From Chloroflexota bacterium (GTDB lineage Bacteria > Chloroflexota > Limnocylindria > Limnocylindrales > CSP1-4): 64,000 nt of DNA. A model generated the notes under the pieces. It was not told the DNA's origin and made no database searches. It saw only the letters and a list, made by a program, of their open reading frames with translations. The position numbers and the translations under genes were made by a program. Positions 55,632 through 64,000 of the stretch are shown piece by piece (within the stretch, counting starts at the first letter, position 1; every line of letters starts with the position of its first letter). Location of the stretch: contig VBFZ01000026.1 in NCBI GenBank assembly GCA_005880805.1, positions 481 through 64,480 on the forward strand, read 5' to 3'.

Positions 55632-56360
55632 ATGACCGGCGTGGCGGCCCCGGCCGCTCACCTGCTGTTCGTCGAGGACGACGACGCCACGCGCGCCCCG
55701 ATCGCGGCGAACCTGGCGGCGCACGGCTACCGCGTCGTCGAAGCGGCGACCGCGGGCGAGGCTACCAGGGCGTGGGACGCGCAGCGGCCCGACCTGATCC
55801 TGCTTGACCTGGGCCTGCCCGACCGCGATGGACTGACGATCGTGCGGCGCGTCCGGCGCGAAGCCACGACCCCGATCCTGATCCTGTCGGCGCGCGGCGA
55901 GGAGCACGATCGGGTGACGGCCCTCGAGCAGGGCGCGGACGACTACCTGACGAAGCCGTTCGGGTTGGCCGAGCTGCGCGCACGAATCACGGCGCTGCTC
56001 CGGCGCGCGGGTGGTGGAGCGGTCGACGGAGCCGGTCAGATGACGATCGGGCCGGTGACCATGGACGTCGCGCGCCGCGAGGTGCACGTGAACGGCCGGC
56101 TGGTCGAACTGACGCCGCGCGAGCACGAACTGTTGAAGGTCCTGATGTCACGCCCCGGAACGGTCGTGACGAGGGGGCGTCTCCTGCGGGCCGTCTGGGG
56201 CACCGGCTACTCCGAGGAGTCGCACTACCTGCATGTCTACGTCAGCCGGCTTCGGAGAAAGCTCGCGGAAGCCGACCCATCCGGCCGGGCGACGGACCTC
56301 TTTGTGGCCGAGCCAGGGGTGGGCTATCGGGTGAGGGACGATCCGCCGGATGACGCCTGA
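55632..56360 (+). CDS. OmpR-family response regulator (KdpE-like)
   Basis: Receiver (LLFVEDDDATRA...DLILLDLGLPDRDG...KPF) plus winged-helix (LTPREHELLKVL...YLHVYVSRLRRKL). Confidence 0.9.
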   Translation: MTGVAAPAAHLLFVEDDDATRAPIAANLAAHGYRVVEAATAGEATRAWDAQRPDLILLDLGLPDRDGLTIVRRVRREATTPILILSARGEEHDRVTALEQGADDYLTKPFGLAELRARITALLRRAGGGAVDGAGQMTIGPVTMDVARREVHVNGRLVELTPREHELLKVLMSRPGTVVTRGRLLRAVWGTGYSEESHYLHVYVSRLRRKLAEADPSGRATDLFVAEPGVGYRVRDDPPDDA

Positions 56361-56822
56361 TGAGGCCCCACGGAGCGCGAATCCACGCTCATGCCGCGAT
56401 TGTTGAGCGGCTGTTGAGCGCGTGGACCGGCTCCATGGCGATGGCCTCTTGGGGGCCACGGGTACGGTCGAGGCGTGGACATCGTTCGCGCGCCGCGCTC
56501 GTCGACTCGACGACGCACGCGCGCCGCCCTCGAGTACGACCGGGCCTCCATCCAGGCGGGCATCGCCCTGGTGGCCGGGAGACATGCGCGCCGGGTCGTC
56601 CTGTCGGGCCTGCCAACCGGGGAGCGCCTCCTGGCCGAGGCGGTTGGAGAAGGCCTTGAGGCAGGCGTCCGCGTCCGGCTCGACCGCGGAGCGGGGAGCC
56701 CGGCGGCACTCGTGCTGACCCCGATGGAGAGCTGACCGCGGAACCGAAGCCCATCGAGCCCGTCGCGGAGGTGCCTTTCCGACGCGACGTCTGAGCGCGC
56801 GTGAGGGCTGGGTGGACGTCGC

Positions 56823-57695
56823 CTACGTCCCGAGGGCGCTCCACGACCAGCGCATCGACGCTTCGAGCCGGCCGCCGGCCGGGAGGTGCATGGCGCCGGT
56901 CTGGCGGAAGCCCTCGCGGCTCAGCCGGAAGGCGTCGGGCCACGCGGTCTGCGGTTCCACGCAGAAGCCGGATTCGGGCGAGTGCACGACGACCGCCGAC
57001 AACGGTGGCTCGAAGTCGATGTGCAGCCGGATGTCGCTCCACTCGATGACTGCCGGACCCACCGCCCGCGTGTAGGTGTGATCGAGCGTCCGCGCCGTCA
57101 GGTCCGCACCCGCGCGCAGATCGGTCAACCCGTCGACGGGCACCTCGCGCCCGGTCGGGATCAGGTCCTCGGTCGTCTCGAGCGTCTGCGCCGACTCGAG
57201 TCGAAGCCTCACCGTCCCGTTCCGGTACAGGAACCAGGGATGCCAGCCGAGCGAGGCCGGCATCGCCTCACCGGCTGTCACTTCCGCCGACATCAGGAGG
57301 GAGTCCGGCTCGAGGCTCACCTGCTGGCGCACTACGCCCCCGAATGGCCACCGTTCACGATCGATCTCACGCATTAGCGTCACCGCCGAGCGGCCCGACC
57401 GCTCGACCTGCCAGGGCACGTCGAACACTGCGCCGTGAATGGCGTGCGCACCGAAGTTCCGCTGCAGCGCAATCTGGCGACCCCCGAACTCCACCAGGCC
57501 GCCGCGGATCCGGCCGACGAACGGGGCCATCAGGTAGCAGCCCCACGTTGCCGACGGCAGGATGAACTCCGGCTGTGATTCCCGGAGCAGCAGCTCGGCG
57601 TCCCCCAACCGCAGGGAGGCCAGCCGGCCACCGGCCTCGAGGTCGATCGAGGCTCTTGCGTCGCCGGCGGCCAGCTCGAGCGTCACGCGGACCAT
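56823..57695 (-). CDS. Aldose 1-epimerase (galactose mutarotase-like) family protein
   Basis: Mutarotase-fold motifs (GCYLMAPFVGRI, HGAVF, GWHPWF). Confidence 0.75.
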   Translation of the reverse strand: MVRVTLELAAGDARASIDLEAGGRLASLRLGDAELLLRESQPEFILPSATWGCYLMAPFVGRIRGGLVEFGGRQIALQRNFGAHAIHGAVFDVPWQVERSGRSAVTLMREIDRERWPFGGVVRQQVSLEPDSLLMSAEVTAGEAMPASLGWHPWFLYRNGTVRLRLESAQTLETTEDLIPTGREVPVDGLTDLRAGADLTARTLDHTYTRAVGPAVIEWSDIRLHIDFEPPLSAVVVHSPESGFCVEPQTAWPDAFRLSREGFRQTGAMHLPAGGRLEASMRWSWSALGT

Positions 57696-57806
57696 GATGC
57701 CGTCCGGGGAGATCGAGGATCAGGCATCATTCGGCCCTCCCGCCAACGGCGTCGTCCCATCCCGGTGACCTCCGCCGTGCGGACCCGGCCCGAGGAGTCC
57801 TGGTCG

Positions 57807-58727
57807 ATGCGACGGATCCTGCTGTGGGCGGCCCACAACCGGTGGCTTCGCGACCACGTGCCGCGCTGGCGGTTCGTCCGGCGTGCGGTCAGGCGGTTCA
57901 TGCCTGGCGAGGACATGGCCGATGCGCTGGCGGCCGCCGACCGCTATCGAGCCGAGGGCATCCGCGCCGTGTTCACCCTCCTCGGCGAGAACCTCGCGGC
58001 GTTCGAGGATGCGGAGGCGATCGCGGACCACTACCGCCAGCTCCTGGGCGAGATCGATCGCCGGCGCCTCGGCGCGGAGGTCTCGGTCAAGCTGACTCAG
58101 CTGGGGTTCGACCTCGACCCAGAGCGGACATACGGGCTGGTCGACGACCTCGCGAGCCGTGCCGCGGCGATCGGCAGCTGGCTGTGGATCGACATGGAGG
58201 GCAGCGCGTACGTCGAGCGAACGATCGCCCTGTACGAGCGGGCGAAGGCGGCCCACGACAACGTCGGCCTGTGCATCCAGGCCTATCTGCACCGCACGCC
58301 GGGCGACCTGGTACGGCTGATGTCGCTCAAGCCGGCGATCAGGCTCGTCAAGGGGGCCTACGACGAGCCGGCGGCGATCGCCTATCGGAAGGGGCCAGAG
58401 GTCGACGCCGCCTACCTGGCTGCCGCGGCGGACCTTCTTACGGCGGTTGCCGACGGGCGCGCAGCACGCGCCATCCTGGGCACCCACGACCTGCCGCTGA
58501 TCGAGCAGAGCGCGCGCTTCGCGGAGGCTCACGGCCTGGACCGCGACCGGATCGAGATCCAGATGCTGTACGGGATCCGGGCGGGCGAGCAGCGCCGACT
58601 CGCGGCCGAGGGCTACAACGTTCGGGCGCTCGTTTCGTACGGCAGCTACTGGTATCCGTGGTACGTCCGCCGACTGGCGGAACGCCCGGCCAATCTCGTC
58701 TTCGCGCTCCGGCAACTGCTTCCCTGA
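57807..58727 (+). CDS. Monofunctional proline dehydrogenase (PutA-type catalytic domain)
   Basis: ProDH C-terminal motifs (RLVKGAYDEP, EIQMLYGIRAGEQRRLAAEGYNVRALVSYGSYWYPWYVRRLAERPANL); ATG with GAGGAG RBS. Confidence 0.8.
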   Translation: MRRILLWAAHNRWLRDHVPRWRFVRRAVRRFMPGEDMADALAAADRYRAEGIRAVFTLLGENLAAFEDAEAIADHYRQLLGEIDRRRLGAEVSVKLTQLGFDLDPERTYGLVDDLASRAAAIGSWLWIDMEGSAYVERTIALYERAKAAHDNVGLCIQAYLHRTPGDLVRLMSLKPAIRLVKGAYDEPAAIAYRKGPEVDAAYLAAAADLLTAVADGRAARAILGTHDLPLIEQSARFAEAHGLDRDRIEIQMLYGIRAGEQRRLAAEGYNVRALVSYGSYWYPWYVRRLAERPANLVFALRQLLP

Positions 58728-58802
58728 TCCTCGGGCGGATGGCGTCGCGGGGCTCCCCTCCGACCTCGGAGACCGTGCAACTGTCGATTGGGGAGGTTGC
58801 CG

Positions 58803-59573
58803 TTAGCGGGCTGTCCAGCCCCCATCGATCAGGATCGTGTGGCCGGTGATCAGCGACGCCGCGGGTGACGCCAGAAAGACCACCGAGCCTGCCACGTCCA
58901 TGGGGCGGCCGATCCGGTGCAGGCCCGCGATCCGCTCCAGGACGTCGGCCCGAAACGCGTCGTCCGCGAGGTCAGGTTCAGTCCCGGGCGTCTGGATGAA
59001 CGTCGGCGCCACCGAGTTGACCGTGATCCCGTAGCGGCCCCATTCGACCGCCAGGCACTTCGTGAGGTGCGCGACGGCCGCCTTCGTCATGCAGTAGACC
59101 GACTCGGTCGGCAGGGCGACGAAGCCGGCCTGGGAGCTCAGGTTGACAATCCGTCCATAGCCCTGGCGGATCATCATCCGCCCAGCCGCCTGGCTCGCGA
59201 AGAACACGCCCTTCACGTTGACCGCGAGCGTCAGGTCGAAGTTCGGCTCGGTCACGTTCTCTGCCAGGTCGCTCGGGCCCAGCCCCGCGTTGTTCACCAG
59301 GACGTCGAGCCTCCCGAGCTGCGACTCGACCGCCTCGACGGCGGCGGTTATCTGGCCGAGGTCGGTCACGTCCATCTGCACGGGAAGCGCCTTGCGGCCC
59401 ATCGCCTCGATCTCATCGGGCAGGCTGCCGGCCGTAGCCGCGTCCCGCAGCCCGAGCGCGACGTCCGCGCCCGCGTGCGCCAGCGCGAGCGCGATCGAGT
59501 TGCCAATCCCGCGCGCCGCGCCGGTGACGAGGGCGACCTGGCCGGTCAGGTCGAAGCGGGGGTACTCGTCCAA
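58803..59573 (-). CDS. SDR-family oxidoreductase
   Basis: TGAARGIG cofactor motif, catalytic YCMTKAA (YxxxK). Confidence 0.9.
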   Translation of the reverse strand: MDEYPRFDLTGQVALVTGAARGIGNSIALALAHAGADVALGLRDAATAGSLPDEIEAMGRKALPVQMDVTDLGQITAAVEAVESQLGRLDVLVNNAGLGPSDLAENVTEPNFDLTLAVNVKGVFFASQAAGRMMIRQGYGRIVNLSSQAGFVALPTESVYCMTKAAVAHLTKCLAVEWGRYGITVNSVAPTFIQTPGTEPDLADDAFRADVLERIAGLHRIGRPMDVAGSVVFLASPAASLITGHTILIDGGWTAR

Positions 59574-59576
59574 TGC

Positions 59577-60629
59577 TCAGGCCTCCACGCGCGCCGGTGC
59601 GGTCGATTGACGCACGACGAGCTCGGGCCGGATCACGACGTCCACGACCTCGAGGCCCGGCGTCCCGCTCTCGATCATGTCGAGGACCATGCGCGCCGCC
59701 TCACTGCCCATTCGCACGCCTGCCTGGCTGATCGTCGTGAGTGGCGGCACCGTGAACGCCGCGATGTCGATGTCGTCGAAACCGACGATCGAGACGTCAC
59801 CGGGAATGGCGATGCCCGTCTGGAAGGCCGCCTGGATGAGGCCGATGGCGAGCGTATCGGAGGCGGCAAAGATCGCGGTGGGCCGGGAAGGTCGGTCGAA
59901 ATGGCCGAACAGGCTGCGCCCGAGGCGGTAGCTCGGCTCCGGGTCGGGCTGGGTCGTGAAGTAGACCCGCGCCTTGTCGCCGACCCCGTGCTCAGCCATG
60001 AATCGCTCATACAGCCTGGCACGGAACGGGCCGTCGGCCATCCGCTCGTCCGAGACGCACACGATGTTGCGGTGGCCGAGCCCCCACAGGTGCTCGAGCG
60101 CCAGCTCGGTTCCCCGTTCGTTGTCGACGTATACCCCGGGCACACTGCCGCGCTCGATCCGGTCACTCACTCCGACGACATAGCGGTGGCGACGCGCCAG
60201 GTCTTCCAGGGCCGCATCGCCGCCCTGCAGGTCGCCGATGACCATGATCCCGTCGGCATGCGACTGCTCGAACATGGAGCCGTAGATCGCCGCCATGTCG
60301 GGCCGGTAGTCGACGTGGCCGAGGAACAGCCGATAGCCCCGTGCCCGCGCGGCGACGTTGATTCCGCGCAGGACCTGGAACAGGAACGGGTCGGAGATGT
60401 CCCGGACGATGACGCCCAGGAGCGAGCTGCGACTCCCGCGCAGGGCCCGCGCAAGCAGGTTCGGCTTGTAGCCCAGCTCCTCGGCCGCGGCCAGAATCCG
60501 CTCACGCGTCGACTCCCGGATCTGGACGCCCGATTCGCGGCCGTTCAGGATCCGCGAGGCGGTCGTGGTCGAGACGCCGGCCCGCTCCGCTACGTCGCGC
60601 AGCGTGATCGCGGGAATGGCTTCTCTCAT
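59577..60629 (-). CDS. LacI-family transcriptional regulator
   Basis: HTH ITLRDVAERAGVSTTTASRILNG plus periplasmic-binding-like sugar domain. Confidence 0.9.
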   Translation of the reverse strand: MREAIPAITLRDVAERAGVSTTTASRILNGRESGVQIRESTRERILAAAEELGYKPNLLARALRGSRSSLLGVIVRDISDPFLFQVLRGINVAARARGYRLFLGHVDYRPDMAAIYGSMFEQSHADGIMVIGDLQGGDAALEDLARRHRYVVGVSDRIERGSVPGVYVDNERGTELALEHLWGLGHRNIVCVSDERMADGPFRARLYERFMAEHGVGDKARVYFTTQPDPEPSYRLGRSLFGHFDRPSRPTAIFAASDTLAIGLIQAAFQTGIAIPGDVSIVGFDDIDIAAFTVPPLTTISQAGVRMGSEAARMVLDMIESGTPGLEVVDVVIRPELVVRQSTAPARVEA

Positions 60630-60727
60630 CTCCCTCGACGCCCCCTCCGCGCTTGACAGTCGGACTATCGTTCGTCGTGACTGAAAACGTCAAGCCTCAT
60701 CGTTGAGCCCTGCGGAGGAGGCAGGGG

Positions 60728-61861
60728 ATGGCGTTCGAGGCAGACGCGGCTGGGAGGGCCATGGGCGTCCTGGCACAGGACCTCACTGCGATGAGCTCGG
60801 CTCTGTTTCCAGCGCCCGGGACGACCGCGCCCGAGTTCCCGACCGTGTTTGGACGGGAGCTGGTGGGCGAGCTCCCCAACTTCGCGTACCGGCCATACCT
60901 CGTCGTCACGATGTCCGACCTGTGGCCGGCCTTCGAGCACTTCTTCGACTCGCACCTCGCGGCGGTCTACGAGGTCAAGACGCTCGACCTTGACCAGCTG
61001 ACGGCTGACGCGCAGGCTCTCCCGGCGCTGGGCAGCATCATCGGCCTGGGGGGCGGGCAGGCGATCGACGTCGCCAAGTTCTTCTCGTGGAGCCGGCGGC
61101 TGCCGCTGTTCCAGGTCCCGACCGCAATGACCACCAACGCTCCATTCGGTCACCGGCCGCTGCTCAGGACGGGCGGCAAGGCGGTGGCCATCGGGTACGC
61201 CGTCCCACAGGGCGTCTACGTCGATTTCGACGTGATCCGGAGCGCACCGCCACTCCTGAACCGCAGCGGGGTCGGCGATGTCCTCTGCTACCACACCGCA
61301 CATTTCGACTGGAAGCTCGCTCACGAGACCGGCAAGGAGGAGCACCGATGGCCGTATGACGAGAAGCTCGTCGCGGAGGCGCGCGAGCGCTTCGATCTGG
61401 TCTTCGCACATCTCGACGACATCCGCGACGTGACCGACGAGGGCATCCGGGCGCTGATGCTGGCGCACCGCTGGGGAGGGGCCGCCTTCCACAACGCGGG
61501 CTGGAACTCGCGGCACATGGACGGTGTCGATCACTGCTACCTGTACGCCCTCGAATACGTGACGGGCGGCAGGCATTTCATCCACGGCCAGGCGGTCGGG
61601 CTTGGCACGTACGTCGGGGCCGTGCTCCAGGACAACGAGCCTGAGAAGGTCCTCGGGGCGTTCCAGCGGCTCGGTGTCGACATCCGGCCCGAGGCCATGG
61701 GGATCACCTGGGACGACGCCGCGACCGCGATGCGCCGGCTGGCGTGGTACGTACGCTATGCCGACCTCTGGTACACGATCGCCGACGTGCGACCAGTGAC
61801 GGACGAGGTCGTCGAAGCCGTGCGCACGGGGTTGTATGACACGTTTGGGGCGGCCGCATGA
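60728..61861 (+). CDS. Iron-containing alcohol dehydrogenase / dehydroquinate-synthase-like superfamily protein (glycerol-1-P dehydrogenase-like)
   Basis: GGGQAIDVAKF nucleotide-binding motif and downstream His-rich metal region (HTAHFD...HRWGGAAFHNAG). Confidence 0.6.
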   Translation: MAFEADAAGRAMGVLAQDLTAMSSALFPAPGTTAPEFPTVFGRELVGELPNFAYRPYLVVTMSDLWPAFEHFFDSHLAAVYEVKTLDLDQLTADAQALPALGSIIGLGGGQAIDVAKFFSWSRRLPLFQVPTAMTTNAPFGHRPLLRTGGKAVAIGYAVPQGVYVDFDVIRSAPPLLNRSGVGDVLCYHTAHFDWKLAHETGKEEHRWPYDEKLVAEARERFDLVFAHLDDIRDVTDEGIRALMLAHRWGGAAFHNAGWNSRHMDGVDHCYLYALEYVTGGRHFIHGQAVGLGTYVGAVLQDNEPEKVLGAFQRLGVDIRPEAMGITWDDAATAMRRLAWYVRYADLWYTIADVRPVTDEVVEAVRTGLYDTFGAAA

Positions 61862-61911
61862 GGGCGGCGTCCGGACGGATGGACTGAGCAAGCAGGGCAA
61901 GGAGGAGGTCG

Positions 61912-63171
61912 ATGATCCAGCGCATGAATGGCAAGTCGGGATCGCGCTTCGGCGCGCTGCTGGCTGCCACAGCCATGGTCTTCGCAGCGTGCGCAGGACT
62001 CGGTGCGTCGCCGACACCGAGCGCGGGCGCCGCCCCTCAGTGCGGACCCGCGAACGCAGCAGCCGGCACGAAGCACGTCTGCATCGTGAACAAGAACATG
62101 ACCGATGACGAGATCAAGAGCGCGGTCGCCAAGGAGGGCAACCTTGTCGTCGCGAACTGGACGTACACGGCCAACGACGAGCTCGTCAAGCAGTTCAAGG
62201 CGTATGTGAAGACGACGTACGGGGCCGACATCCAGTTCACCTACGAGGGCTCACAGGCGCCTAGCGTCTACCTGACGAAGCTGTATGCGGCGCAGAAGGG
62301 TGGCAATCCCTCGCCCTACGACGTGATGGCGATCGAGGAAAACTACTGGTCCGAGGCGATGTCGAACAACGCCGTCGACAGTTACCTCCCTTCGGACCTC
62401 GTCCCCAACCAGAAGCTCGTCCTCGACACGTTCCAGCACGTGCCCACGTCGATCGGGTTCCAGTCAACCGCCTTCCCGGCGGTCGTGTACGAGGGTTCGA
62501 AAGCGCCCTTCCTGAAGAGCCTCAAGGACCTGGCCAACCCGGCTCTGAAGGGCAAGATCACGTTGCCCGTTTCGGGCGACATCACGGCCGGCGGTTTCCT
62601 CCTTGGCCTTGCCGCGGAGATGGGCAAGGACTACAAGGACCCCGCCCAGATGAAAGAGGTCGTCGACTGGATGGCCGCGAACATCGCCCCGAACGTCCTC
62701 AAGTACACCTCCGACTCGTCCGAGATGCAGCAGCTGCTGCGCTCCGGCGCGGCGTACGCCGTGACGTTCTGGAACAGCCTCGCCCGGCTCGAGTACTTCA
62801 GCGGCAAGAACAACGATGCGAAATTGTTGCTGCCCTCGGCGATCTACCCCGTCAACGGCTATCTGTGGATTCCCAGGGGTGCGCCGCACCCGGTTCTGGC
62901 TCAGATCTTCATCAACTGGCGCCTCGGCCCCGACGTGCAGTTCCCCAACAAGTGGCCGATCGACCACGGTCCATGGAGCGAGTTGAGCGAAGGCTTCCTG
63001 GGCCCGGACTACGTGTCCCAGGTGCCGGACTGGTTTACCAAGGACTACTTCAGCTACTTCCCGACCCTCGACCAGATCAAGACGCAGTTCAAGACGGTCG
63101 ACTGGGACGCTTACAACAAGGGCGTCAAGCAGTGGATGGACTACTACGCCCAGAAGACCGGGCAGGGCTAG
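61912..63171 (+). CDS. ABC transporter substrate-binding lipoprotein (PotD/family-1-like)
   Basis: Signal peptide + lipobox AMVFAACAG; SBP-fold length and composition. Confidence 0.8.
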   Translation: MIQRMNGKSGSRFGALLAATAMVFAACAGLGASPTPSAGAAPQCGPANAAAGTKHVCIVNKNMTDDEIKSAVAKEGNLVVANWTYTANDELVKQFKAYVKTTYGADIQFTYEGSQAPSVYLTKLYAAQKGGNPSPYDVMAIEENYWSEAMSNNAVDSYLPSDLVPNQKLVLDTFQHVPTSIGFQSTAFPAVVYEGSKAPFLKSLKDLANPALKGKITLPVSGDITAGGFLLGLAAEMGKDYKDPAQMKEVVDWMAANIAPNVLKYTSDSSEMQQLLRSGAAYAVTFWNSLARLEYFSGKNNDAKLLLPSAIYPVNGYLWIPRGAPHPVLAQIFINWRLGPDVQFPNKWPIDHGPWSELSEGFLGPDYVSQVPDWFTKDYFSYFPTLDQIKTQFKTVDWDAYNKGVKQWMDYYAQKTGQG

Positions 63172-63303
63172 ACCGCGTCAGTGGCCCGCGTCCATCTGGC
63201 TGACCGAGCGGCGGGACTCCGTCCCGGTTACGAGTATTAGAGTGGCTTCCTCTCTCGCTCCGGCGGGAGAGGAAGCTCTTTCATCGAACAGGCGATCGCG
63301 AGC

Positions 63304-64000
63304 ATGACGGGACAGCCTCTCTCGCTTCCGATCCCGGGCGTCGCGCCAGGGACCGCGCGCCGCGAGCGTCGTCGCGCCCTGACTGGGCTTGCGATGCTGC
63401 TTCCGGCGATCGTCGTATCGCTGCTCTTCCTCTATTACCCACTGGTGTTCATCGTCCAGATGAGCTTCACGCTGGCGAACACCTTTCTTTCGCCGGCGGG
63501 ACCCACCGCGACGCTCGAGAACTACGGCGCGATGCTGAACCGCTACCTGCCGAACCTGGGCGTGACGATCCAGCTGGCTGGCCTTGCGACGCTCGTGGAC
63601 CTGGTGTTCGGCATCCCTTTTGCGTACATCCTCGTCCGCAAGGTTCGGTATCGGGACATCGTTCGCGCCTTCATGGTCTTCCCGATGTTCGGCGCGCTGT
63701 ACATCGCGTTCGGGATGCGGTTTATCCTGCTGCCCGGCGGTCCGGCTACGCCGCTCTTCGAGTTATTCAACATTCCGAACACCGCGGTCCTCTACAGCCT
63801 GCCCTCGGTCGTGTTCGCGATGTCGATCTTCACCTTCCCGTTCATGGTGATGAACGTGGGCACCGCGCTGAGCAATGTCGATCCCACGCTCGAGGAGGCT
63901 GCTGCCTGCCTGGGCGCTCGGCCATGGCAGACATTCGTGCGCATCCTGCTGCCGCTGACACGGGCCGGGATCGTGGCGGGCGCGCTGATGGTCTTCGGCT
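63304..64000 (+). CDS. ABC transporter permease (PotB-like), 3' partial at window edge
   Basis: Multi-TM protein with an ABC permease fold; ATG 63304 is the first start after the in-frame stop at 63238 (RBS distant). Confidence 0.75.
   Translation, partial: MTGQPLSLPIPGVAPGTARRERRRALTGLAMLLPAIVVSLLFLYYPLVFIVQMSFTLANTFLSPAGPTATLENYGAMLNRYLPNLGVTIQLAGLATLVDLVFGIPFAYILVRKVRYRDIVRAFMVFPMFGALYIAFGMRFILLPGGPATPLFELFNIPNTAVLYSLPSVVFAMSIFTFPFMVMNVGTALSNVDPTLEEAAACLGARPWQTFVRILLPLTRAGIVAGALMVFG

Noticed and set aside
1-64000. Mobile elements, prophage, CRISPR arrays, toxin-antitoxin pairs
   Set aside because: No transposase, integrase, recombinase, phage structural protein or CRISPR-like regular repeat/spacer array was found on either strand. 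The only tandem repeats are short (13-24 bp, 2-3 copies) and sit in promoter or terminator positions.

Overview
High-GC (~70%) chromosomal segment resembling an actinobacterium: strong GGAGG ribosome-binding sites, many GTG starts, and frequent ATGA/GTGA stop-start overlaps. The window is dominated by catabolic and transport operons with no evidence of mobile DNA or CRISPR. Main blocks are as follows. (1) A UvrA-paralog tail, followed by a DGPF/YciI-like gene translationally coupled to an ECF sigma factor. (2) A standalone gene encoding a GHKL (MutL/MORC/Hsp90-type) ATPase fused to a C-terminal HExxH zincin-like domain, preceded by 15-bp tandem repeats. (3) A 12-gene minus-strand operon of about 11 kb: OrtA/OrtB-like thiolase subunits, a sugar-type ABC importer, a D-aminoacylase, an amidohydrolase-2, a SnoaL-like protein, a luciferase-like oxidoreductase and an XRE-cupin regulator. 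(4) A mannitol-family PTS locus with MtlA split into EIIC, EIIB and an EIIA-HPr fusion, a PRD regulator, a medium-chain-type dehydrogenase, a PfkB-family kinase and ptsI. (5) Three berberine-bridge-enzyme-like FAD oxidase paralogs, one translationally coupled to a DrrAB-like ABC-2 exporter next to an ECF sigma factor and a STAS protein. (6) Two DUF4118-type sensor kinases, one with an OmpR-family regulator. (7) A candidate peptide-signalling module: a 39-codon gene with an apparent signal peptide, next to divergent HTH-XRE and HTH-TPR regulators, directly upstream of the kinase-regulator pair. (8) A tRNA-Arg, a frameshifted acyl-ACP-thioesterase-like pseudogene, and assorted small or hypothetical genes. 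Several long ORFs in the supplied track are antisense artefacts of the high GC content and were rejected.
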